DNA of 64,000 nucleotides from Phoronis australis. Lineage: Eukaryota > Animalia > Phoronida. Under the pieces are notes generated by a model. That model was not told the DNA's origin, did no database searches, and worked only from the letters and a program-made list of their open reading frames with translations. Where the stretch lies: NCBI GenBank assembly GCA_002633005.1, contig NMRA01000621.1:58168-122167 (forward strand), read 5' to 3'. Both the position numbers and the translations under genes were made by a program. This document shows positions 39,401-51,400 of the stretch, piece after piece. Position 1 is the first letter of the stretch; each line of letters starts with the position of its first letter.

Positions 39401-42400
39401 GCTGATAAGCATGCTAGAGTGAATGTGATCCATCATCTTGTAATGGTATTTCACTAAATGCGTGTCAAAACAATGCCTGAGAGCCTTTTGAACAGTTGCC
39501 CACATCTAGTAGCTACACAATTACCAACACTTAATATAATATAACATGTCTCTACACAATTACCAACACTAATATAATATAACATGTCTCTACACTATTA
39601 CCAACACTAATATAATATAATATGTCTCTACACAATTACCAACACCAATATAATATAACATGTATCTACACAATTACCAACACTTAATATAATGTAACAT
39701 GTCTCTACACAATTACCAACACTAATATAATATAACATGTCTCTACACAATTACCAACACTAATATAATATAACATAATAATGCGTTGCTTCCAAGAAAC
39801 ACTTTTAACTACGTAAAACAAAATAACTTTTACTGGAGAACTGTAGATCATGAGGTTAATGAACCACACAAGAGAGAAAACACTCATTTCACATTTTAAC
39901 AGCTTCAACCCAATCAAGTGTTTATGGGTGTAACCAAATAGAATCTAAATCAAAACCCAATTCACTTCACTGGGTGTGGCATTTGACAGATTTGTCAAAT
40001 GGCAGACAGTATTTAAATTGTTGACAAGACCAAGTGTAATGAGATCTGCAATGTGAGTGCTACAGCCCACAGTAGCGGTACAGACCACAGTAGCGCTACA
40101 GCCCACAGTAGCGCTACAGCCCACAGTAGCGCTACAGCCCACAGTAGCGCTACAGACCACAGTAGCGCTACAGCCCACAGTAGTGCTACAGCCCACAGTA
40201 GTGCTACAGCCCACAGTAGTGCTACAGACCACAGTAGTGCTACAGCCCACAGTAGTGCTACAGCCCACAGTAGTGCTACAGCCCACAGTACTGCTACAGC
40301 CAACAGTAGTGCTACAGCCCACAGTAGTGCTACAGCCCACAGTAGTGCTACAGTCTACAGTACTACTTTGATAAACCTTGTGAAGAAATGGCTATTTGCA
40401 ACAACAGGTTTCAGGGCTTGTAAGTCTAAAGAGACTAGTAACATGGGTGCATGAGCTTATTAACACAAATGACAATTAATCACATGACTTGTACTGCCTG
40501 CTGGTGTCATCCCTGCAAAAGATTACTGGAGACTCGAGTACAAAAGGGACAAAATCATGAAACGCGTTTTCAGTAAACTTTTAAAATTTAATGTGATCTG
40601 AATGTTCACGTCTCCACACCAAAAATGACCAATAGTGTTGCTTGCTTCTAGTAAACTTTCAAATTTCAGGGGATGTGATTGTTAACGTCTCAAGCAAAGT
40701 TTGGTGGGCAAGGGCCAAGATTACATCAGTGTACCTCTGCTTTTCAGTGAATGACATATGGGAGTACTTCTGACCTGAGGGAAAACATATTCACTAAGTA
40801 AAATCGCACCAACTTCCGACAAAAGTAATTCTTAGAACTGACTCTTTTACTTTTTCACTATTCAAAGGTTTGTAACATTGTTGCAAATGCCCATAAATGT
40901 GAAAAGCATAATTGTCTGGTAGTAGCTACAGCACCAAATTGTAAATATTGCACTCAGTACCTTGGTGCTCTGCAGTCGCCATTAATGGAAAAACCAAAAA
41001 AAAAAAATATATTACTTCAATGCGGTGTTGTTTCTTAAATTGATGAGATTTTACCGCAACTGGTTTTAAATACAAAAAGGTGAAGGTGTCTCCTTGTCTG
41101 GAGGTAAGTAAGTGTCAATCAATCAATCATCAGGGCTTCATTAAACCCCCCACGAGGAAGGCTTTAAAACAGCCCAGAATGTTAAAGAAACCACAAACGC
41201 AATATGGGCATGAAAATAAACGACGAAAGACAAAAGAACATTCCTTTTAAAATTAGTGAAATTCAGTTAAAAATTGCCTGAAGTTTGATAAATTGCTGGC
41301 AAATGGTGTGTGTTCAGAGTTGGTGGACCCAAGTTTGGTAAATAAGAAAGCTAAAATTAAAATTAAACCGAATTTTAATATTTTATACATCGAAATGAAT
41401 CATGATCTTTTTAACCAGGCATAAAAAATTCCCAAAGCCGCGAGTGCATTTTCTAACAATAATCACGAATCTAATTTTTTCGGAGACTCCAACTAGTTTT
41501 TTTTGGGGATTATTGTTACAGAATACAAGGACATGAGATTTAGGGAATTTTTGTAACCGGGTCACAGATCGTGGTTCGATTTGATATATAAAATATAAAA
41601 AATTCCATTTAATATGAATTTTAGCTGTCTGGTTTTGCAGCTTTAACTGTAAGTAACTGCAACTGAACGCAGTGACACATTCCCACCATAGGGGGCAGCA
41701 GCATACCATGGGTAGACACATAAATATGTCCTTATGTTTGGACATGTGTCTCTCAGGGTATGGAAACGTCAATATGGAACAAGCAACAAACAAGAGTAAT
41801 AAGATGTCTATAGTACACACAGCTAATCAGACAAAGTACTCCTCACTGAGTCTATACATTTGTTTCACAACGCATCTACAGTAATTTTCCACTTCTTTCA
41901 CACAAAAACAATAGGTAAAACTGTTGTTTTTCCTATTTTTCAAAGGCCGATTACTTTGATACAAATAATACAAACTTTACCAAATGTTGTTTCATGACAT
42001 CTTCACAGTGCAAACCAGAAATAGCACGACTATAATACTCTGTGAAGCTGATTTAGTGAAAGGTTATAACCACTGTAACTGTGTGGGAACACCACAGTTG
42101 CAACTCAGTAGGTGGAGCTGCTATCAAACTCATTGGAAATAATGGCATACCAGGGCACTTACTAGGCTGAATCAGAAATAGGACTAACAAGCACACCTGG
42201 GGTTATAACTGTTGGTGTGAATGGCAATGAGTACATGACAGTTAGAACTAGGATTACACTTAGTCAATTATCTGTTGACTATAGCAAAACTTACTGCCTA
42301 CATTGGAAAATTTTTATATTCCTTGTATCGTTATATCAAAGTTAGACAAAAGCTGATCATCAGTTTTAAAAAAACCCTGAACTTCACCTTTTGGGAGGCC

Positions 42401-45400
42401 CTCTGTAAATACTTAGATATATATTTACTCCCACATGTATAATTTGAAAAGTAACTTGCTCATTAAGAGTGCTTGGTTGTATGAACAGTGTGAGAATGTC
42501 GTACCTTTTCCATTACTAGATAGTTATTAGTTAGCATTTGCTGTTATTTTCTTTCTTTTGAGAAATAAGATATTTATCTAAAAAAATTGGTCTGAACAAA
42601 GCTCATGCCAACGCCCTCAATATTCAATTTGCATCACATGCACTACAGAGGCAGCATGACCCTAACACAACTGAATCACAACTGCTTCATGACATAAGAA
42701 AAATCTGATAGTAGTTATGAGGAAGCTCAGATACACAAATAACTGGCAAATCTGTATTCTCGTCTAAAACATATGAATACATGTGACTCGGACACACAGA
42801 ACAGACCTCAAGCCCAGCACAAATTACTTTTAATTCAGCATGCAGCATGATTGACAACTCTTTACCTATACAAGTATCTATCTTGTGGAAATGGGTTGAA
42901 AAACAAAAATACCTACCCTCACAAGTTTCGGCATCCGCTTGTGTTTGCCGCCGTTGACCACAGACATCATTCGATGCTTCGTGATCAACAAACAACCTTG
43001 TACGGACAACCTAAATAGAGACGAACGATTGTCTACAATCATCAACAATGGATGACATTACAAGTTAATTGGTGTGCAGGTAAGAAGTTTGACTGCACAG
43101 CGGAACTGAATTAAACACACAATACAGTTAAGAAATACTCTATTGTATGCACTTCAGTCAACGTTGATTTTGCAACACCAGGGTACATTCTACCATCACA
43201 CCTTTCTTTCAGGGTCACTGGCAGCTAGTTATCAAGGCCAAAGCATTAAAGGAGAATGCCACCAGATTTAATTGGTCTTTTTTGCCGTCGTAATCGGTCT
43301 ATATCCACATCGCTTCGCATATGGTCGACCTTTCCTTGTCAAGAGATGTCGCGTTAGCCTGTGAAGAAGGTGAGAAACGACACTAACGACGTCAGTGGTT
43401 CATATGCAGAGTGAATGCCGCTATGTTGCGGTGCATCGTTCCTGCTTGTCCGAACTAAGCAGCGGCAAGGAATGCGGGTGTATCATTTTCTTTTTACTCC
43501 CTCGAGAGTCCGAAATGCTTAGGAAGTGGCTCATGGTAGTAAAGAATGAAATGTACGTTGTAAATAGCAAGTATGAAGCCGTGAAACATCTCCGTGTCAG
43601 TGCCCGACGAATGCTGGCTTACCAAATAACTCCATACGTTCCGTTGTCTGAGCTTGTTCACGGCGCCTCTCTAGTATTTCATCACCGTATTCCTGTTCGA
43701 ATTGATTGCCTGTAAAACTTAACGATCTACCTGCGAAGTCGGGACTGATCAACTCTAGCTCGTCCTAAGTCGGGATTGCGAGTTGCTATGTTGGCGTTTA
43801 TTACTGAGCGTTCTGTTTCAAAATGAATTATTCTCACCCTAACCAATAAAAAACTGAAACGAAGTCTGTCTCATTAGATGCAATTTGTAATGCCTGTGGA
43901 GTGTTCGTGAGTGCAAATGATTTGAGAAGCCAGCAATGAATAAATCAACTGGTTACCGGCTTTAGGTGCAACAAAACTAATTGACGGGACACCGAGGCCA
44001 TGTGAGCTCATGCTAATTTAGTGTTTGCTGGCAGAAAATGTTGTGAAACAACTTGATTTCCATCCCACAGCCAGCAGTTAGGGGAATCTTTATTTACATT
44101 GACATTACTAAAATAATGATTGTCAATGTACAACTTCTGCCCTGACGGTGCTGTGGCCAAAGCGGAACCTGATTTCGCAGCCCCCGACGCGAGTAAGCAG
44201 ATTTGCAGTTTCGTGGCTAATTCACCAACATAATCACGTGCTCATTACTTTGGCTCACTACTATAGTATTTTCTTGACAAGAAGTTTAGTTTCCACTGAA
44301 CATTGGCTGGTTTATGTTGGTGATGTCTGATCAGTTTCTAAGCCACTGGCCGGGATAACAAGCGTTCTGTGTTTAGAACTCAAAAAATCACAAGTCTAAA
44401 CAACACAGATCTAGGTTCTCCTGCCTGTATCTCTCTGAAAATACTTCAAAATTATCTCCGAACAGACCCCAAACTCATGCTACGGACCTTATTGGCCTGC
44501 CAAACTTTGTAGGCTACGGTGTGTCCAAATACCAATAAATCCATAAGAACGAAATAAAACAACACGTTTTCATAAGAACTCGGTGTATTTTCAAGGGTTT
44601 TACATCGAAGTTTGATGATTTATTGGTATTAAACGATGACTTCAAGCGATAAGCTGACACCAGTAACCCGTGTTGTGAATTGCTGAACAGACTGCGTGTG
44701 AAACCGATGACGTCATTGGATAATTTCAACACTTCCGTCTGCCGTCAGGTGACGCAACCGTACGTGACGTTATGGAGTAGAACTACTCAATCTAAATTGA
44801 TACAAATTAGGTTGTTTTTCAGGTGGCATGCTCCTTTAAGAATATTTGAGTCAGCAGTGTGGCCTAGTGGGATGAGTGTCTGCCTCATGTTCACAAGGTC
44901 GTAAGTTTGAATCCCACTGGAACCCAATGCTAAACCCTCGAGTCATGTGTCTAGCCCTCAGAAAGGTCTTAATCTGTGAAAATGTTTTAACATAAGTGCC
45001 TATCAACAAATGAAAAATGGTTTCAGGTGTTTGGTGCAGTGGACCCAGCTGAGCGGCCTGTTCGCGTCTGGTGCAACATGCACATTAGTAAGACCACCTG
45101 CAACATGCACATTAGTAAGACCACCTGCAANNNNNNNNNNNNNNNNNNNNNNNNNNNNNNNNNNNNNNNNNNNNNNNNNNNNNNNNNNNNNNNNNNNNNN
45201 NNNNNNNNNNNNNNNNNNNNNNNNNNNNNNNNNNNNNNNNNNNNNNNNNNNNNNNNNNNNNNNNNNNNNNNNNNNNNNNNNNNNNNNNNNNNNNNNNNNN
45301 NNNNNNNNNNNNNNNNNNNNNNNNNNNNNNNNNNNNNNNNNNNNNNNNNNNNNNNNNNNNNNNNNNNNNNNNNNNNNNNNNNNNNNNNNNNNNNNNNNNN

Positions 45401-48400
45401 NNNNNNNNNNNNNNNNNNNNNNNNNNNNNNNNNNNNNNNNNNNNNNNNNNNNNNNNNNNNNNNNNNNNNNNNNNNNNNNNNNNNNNNNNNNNNNNNNNNN
45501 NNNNNNNNNNNNNNNNNNNNNNNNNNNNNNNNNNNNNNNNNNNNNNNNNNNNNNNNNNNNNNNNNNNNNNNNNNNNNNNNNNNNNNNNNNNNNNNNNNNN
45601 NNNNNNNNNNNNNNNNNNNNNNNNNNNNNNNNNNNNNNNNNNNNNNNNNNNNNNNNNNNNNNNNNNNNNNNNNNNNNNNNNNNNNNNNNNNNNNNNNNNN
45701 NNNNTGCCAGGAATTGTAGAGGTAGAATGGCGGCCATAACATACAGTGATACGGCGGGTTAATAAGGTGAAGAATACGAAGATTTAAGATGAAAACTATT
45801 ATCTCTGAACTGAAATTGAAGTGCTGAGATACGGTAAGAGAAATTATTTTTTTTAAATTTGCTGTGTTTCGTGGTTCTCTTTCGATATTTTGTTCTCTGG
45901 CTCGTATTTATTTTCGAGTACGATTTCAAGCACACTGCCATACCAAACTTGAAATTTGAGCATAGACTCCAAATTTTTACTCAAAATCGTACTCGAAATA
46001 TAGATGAGATACACTTCACTTCGAGTACACTCGAAAACTGAGTGCGTGCTCGAAATTTCGAGTACAGATTTTTCGAGTATGACATTGAATACACCAAAGC
46101 TGAGCCTGTACTCGAGTTGAGTATGAAGTGTGAGTTTGAGCATGATTCGAGTCTGAGTACGGAGATTGGAGACCGGGCCCTGGTGACACGCACGCGCTCG
46201 CTTACTAGCAGACGTTCAAAACAAACGTCACGTGACAACAACACGTGTGTTTTCTTCCAGACATTTTTCTCGCTGTGTTGCTGATCATACATGTAGATGG
46301 CACGATGTTGCACAGATTTGTACTTAAACCTGCCGTTAATACAGACTCCATGGGAACTTAAAAATCTTAGAGACGCTACTTATAAAACTTAATGAGGATT
46401 TCAGGTAATTTGCTTGAATCGAAACCATTTTTTTTCAAGCATTGAAGTCGCCATATCGAAGACGGTGATTTTGAGGCAGTCAGTCGGCAAGTTTTCGCCC
46501 TGGGATTTCAGCAAAATGATCGTAATTTAGCAGCAAAGTTTGATAGCAATGCACCACAGTTTTGTTGAAAGTCTTTCATAGATTACATATACGTCACAGA
46601 GCGTAAATTTACTTAGCTTCCGATTTCACCCGTTTCGGAGACCGGCCACCCGTTCAGTAACGCTAGGACCTAGCTTAAAAGCAAGACTTTGCGAGATTAC
46701 GCATGATATTGCCGTGTATTTTAAAAAAGAGCACGTGACCTTGACTAGCTTTTGGCTAGGTTCTAGCGTAGGTCCTAGCGTCTACTGAACTCATGCCGGG
46801 TTTCAACCGTCTTGGGTTACAATAAGCGCCCCCCTGAACCAAACTTTTCTAAGCGCCCTGGGCGGTTATTACGGCGAATACGGTACATGAAACTAGAGGA
46901 TATATTCAATAACAAATATTTTGTCAATTCTTATGAGAAGTGAATTTGTTTCTTTAACTACGCAACAAAGCAAAGCTATTTACTTAGAAGGGGTAACAGC
47001 CCTGATGCACCTCTTGGGTAAACAATATGTTCTCAAAATGTGCTCGCCTGCATTTCCAAATGTCAAAAGCTTGGGTAAAGTTCAATGAAATCAGTTGACA
47101 CATCACTTCATTTGAAATTGCGTTTGTTCTAATTTCATAAAGTAAGTCACTTTAAAATTTATCTTGAAGAGAAAAAGAGGCAATTTTGATGTTAGCTTTT
47201 AGAAAAAAATACAGATCCCTGGTTATTTTGTTGGGACATGTTTCCATGTTAATTGCACCTCTCCTAGCATGTATTTATCATCCAGGCAACAATAGTCACT
47301 TAAAAGACGCAGTGAAAGGCCAACGTCTTGGTTCTGCATCATTCTGCTTCCTACGAACAATCACAAATAACTGACACTGACTGTGTTCAAAAATGAGAAG
47401 GACACTGTTTTCTCAACCTAAGTGATTGTAGAACCAAGATGTCACCCTTTTACTGGACATTCTACTGTTCCATGGATGGTAAATACTCACCATGGAAACA
47501 GTAATGAACATGGAAAATGCATCTTCAACAAAACCAGGGATCTGCACTTCTACAAAATGCAACATCAAAACAACGGCCTTCCTCCAAAAGCAATTTTTTA
47601 TTCATTAGAATAACAATTGCCAATTAAATCATTTTTAAAAAATTGAATGTTCATAAGTTGACTACGTACAGAACTCCATGCCATGTGAATTAACAGAAAA
47701 TTAACTGCAAAAATTAAATGTTGTACTGAACCTACCCTCACCACGGTGCCATCTATAGAGGGTGGCCCTTTGAAAGGAACAGACACGTAGAAATTCATAT
47801 GTTTGGTGCGCATGTCTCAGTTTGGATGTTTGCAGTAAACGTGTTGTCAGAGAATGCAAGTTGCACGCTCCTTATAAAGTGCCAATCAAGAGTAATGATG
47901 GGAAAAGTGTGCTTGACCCTATACTCTATGTCCACATGGAAAATAAGAGCGAACAAGAATATAAGACTTAATGCAAGGTTAAAATCTTCAAAAACCAAAC
48001 TACCTGTTCAATTGTATCAGCAACATTGGAAGGAATGTTTGCGTCACCCGCTGTCTCGCTCAATCTTTTCCGTGCATCTTGCGCAAATACAGCGCCCTTT
48101 GACCCATCACCTGCTGCCCCCTGTTGTCCAGCCTCAAACTCACTGCCTTTACATTGACTGTTACTTACTGACTGACTCTGATGCATTTGTCCACCCATAT
48201 TCACCCTCATAGACATTTCATCATAGTGTTTCCTTCTGGCACCACCGTATGCAACTCCACTTTCCTTATATGTCTTTGTTGCTCTATGTTCCACCACATC
48301 TCCAACAGTCTGTCCTTGAACACTTCTGCCAGCTATATCTGCCCCGCTTCTCCGTTTCGTTTCCAGCTGATCCCTTCTCATTGGCCGGGACGACATCACA

Positions 48401-51400
48401 TGGTTGTTGCCTCCAATGTCTGACTGTCGTCTGCCGTTTGAATAGCAGACGGTCCCATCGTTTTTCTTATCACAGTATTGCACTTGTTTATTGGGGAGAA
48501 ATGTGACTCTTTCACAATCATCACTACTCGACTGCCCCATGATGTCTCTTGCCACGATCTCACTAACACCAGTTGTTCGTGATTCTTGTTGCACTGGATT
48601 ACTCTTTAATTTTTTGTCCTGCACTACTTCGCGGCCTTGTGAATGCGGACACGGCATGAGATCACACGTCAAGTGATAGTGTGGCTTTATACTGTCTTGT
48701 GCATTGTCCCGTCGTTTCAATTTTGGACTGGCAATGGGTGATGGTAGCGGAGATTGTCGTAATTCATAATCATGTGTGGGCGGAGTTTGATTCTGTAATA
48801 ACATCATTTGAGGAAGGAACAAATGAACGATAGGTCGACCAACTGATTAGTTGTTTTCAACTCTCTTTAAACTAACAATTCTTTTGGCAGTGAATAAAAA
48901 CATTCGTAAAAGCCTCAGATTATTTTTCAAATTACAGACCACTTTGTGTGCAAACAATCGTATCTCAGGAAAATATTTTAAGAGATCATAAATGTTATAT
49001 TGTATTGAGTCATATCATCACTATGTTCAACTAATATAACTTGTGTTAAATTTAACTAACTTATTTCAATTAAATGACATCAGAATGAACAGACTTCATT
49101 GTTTGATGAAAATGAGCTTAACGATGGTGAGAAACTGAAAGGAGGTGTGGCCTAGTGGGTCACGTGGGTCGTCTGCTCTCAACGTTGTGCGTCCCACTGG
49201 ACCACAATACAAGACCCTTGAGTCAGGTCTCTCACTCCTCAGCTCAGTTTTAATTTGAGTACATGTGTTAAAAGTGTACATTAATAAATGAAAAATGGTT
49301 TCCAGACACCTGGTGCAATGAGCCCGGTTGAGAAGCCTGCGCACATCTGATGCACTATTTTTATAGTGAGAAACTAAAGTTTTAAGCCCTTGAGACACCC
49401 ACTTTCTGCCAGATATTTGTGTTACACAGTAGTTTTGTGTTACACAGTAGTTTTGTGTTACACAATAGTTTTGTGTTACACAGTAGTTTTGTGTTACACA
49501 ATAGTTTTGTGTTACACAGTAGTTTTGTGTTACACAATAGTTTTGTGTTACACAGTAGTTTTGTGTTGACACTAAATAATGCCCATCACGTGTGACATTA
49601 CATTTCACAGCATCTGCAGTAAATGCAAAGTCATCTCTGAATAAAATTGTCAAGAGTGCCATGCATCTACAGATCAAGAGTGCCATGCATCTACAGATCA
49701 AGAGTGCCATGCATCTACAGATAAAGAGTGCCGTGCATCTACAGATTAAGAGTGCCATGCATCTACAGATCAAGAGTGCCATGCATCTACAGACCAAGAG
49801 TGCCATGCATCTACAGATCAAGAGTGCCATGCATCTACAGACCAAGAGTGCCATGCATCTACAGATCAAGAGTGCCATGCATCTACAGATCAAGAGTGCC
49901 ATGCATCTACAGATCAAGAGTGCCATGCATCTACAGATCAAGAGTGCCATGCATCTACAGATCAAGAGTGCCATGCATCTACAGATCAAGAGTGCCATGC
50001 ATCTACAGATCAAGAGTGCCATGCATCTACAGATCAAGAGTGCCATGCATCTACAGATCAAGAGTGCCATGCATCTACAGATCAAGAGTGCCATGCATCT
50101 ACAGATCAAGAGTGCCATGCATCTACAGATCAAGAGTGCCATGCATCTACAGATCAAGAGTGCCATGCATCTACAGATCAAGAGTGCCATGCATCTACAG
50201 ATCAAGAGTGCCATGCATCTACAGATCAAGAGTGCCATGCATCTACAGATCAAGAGTGCCATGCATCTACAGATCAAGAGTGCCATGCATCTACAGATCA
50301 AGAGTGCCATGCATCTACAGATCAAGAGTGCCATGCATCTACAGACCAAGAGTGCCATGCATCTACAGATCAAGAGTGCCATGCATCTACAGATAAAGAG
50401 TGCCATGCATCTACAGATCTGCTTTTCTTTGGTTTCTCCAGATAAAAAACACTGAGCTGCACCAAATAAATTGAAATATATCCCCAAAAATAGAAGTATT
50501 TGATAAAACACAGCCTTTGATGCATTTGAGATTTCACTATCAAATTTTCTACATTTGCAAAAATTTAGTACAGTATCATTCAAGTTGATAACATATTAAC
50601 GAAAATTTAAAATCAACTGAGCTACTTTTTAATTGTTTTTTTTTTAATCTACTTTAAATTATGCTTTATTATAAAAATTGAAAAATCAGGAACCCCAACT
50701 GGGAATCGAACCACAGGTCTCTAGATTGCCGGTCTAGTGCTCTCACCACTGAGCTACTGAGGACCCAATATCTGTGCAATTACTGTTTACAGCCAACTGA
50801 TATATTTCATTACCTCAGCGTCTATATATTTACTATAAAAAATTGATGTTGCGTTGAGGGTATCTTGAGAGTACTCAAACACCATGCGTCACGTACTTCT
50901 GAGCAGAGCTACTCACTCAAGAAACTGGCTCAGAACTGTAAACTCACATTACTGACTCACAAACTCATGCCTGCACTCACAAAACACTATTCACCGACTC
51001 AAATCCACAAACAAACATGGCTCGCAAACCGCAAATATAATATAGTTAAGACAAATGTAAACACGGCCCATAGAGGCACTGCAATTCACATGTTTTTTGT
51101 GGACGTCAGTTGTGCTTTTTGAGTCATGTTTTGTGAGTGCAGGCACAAGTTGAGGAATCAGTGAACTAGATTTACAGGAGTATGAGCCCAGTTCAAGAGT
51201 GCAGGAGACACATTGTGCAAGTAGCCTGATCATTTGGCAACCAATTTTGATAAACTTGGTTTGAGCTAACTTTATCAATATTACTAACATTATGTGAAAA
51301 ATAAAACCAAAAGGGTCAATTTAATACAATCCGTACAACACACAAAAAGGGTCAATTTAATAAAATTAGTACAACACACAAAAAGGGCCAATTTAATACA

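Noticed and set aside
39945-40454. ORFs on both strands with (VGCSTT)n and (HSSATA)n
   Set aside because: Artefact of an 18-bp tandem repeat
45003-45762. Long ORFs across 45.0-45.8 kb (also 27.9-28.3 kb)
   Set aside because: They run through N gaps
49651-50419. CRISPR-like array
   Set aside because: Units are head-to-tail with no unique spacers, no cas genes are present, and the context is eukaryotic; the same applies to all other arrays
49096-50583. 495-aa Cys-rich ORF (CRCMALLI)n and the overlapping + strand ORFs
   Set aside because: These are translations of 24-bp and 18-bp intronic minisatellites that are open in several frames; there is no coding evidence
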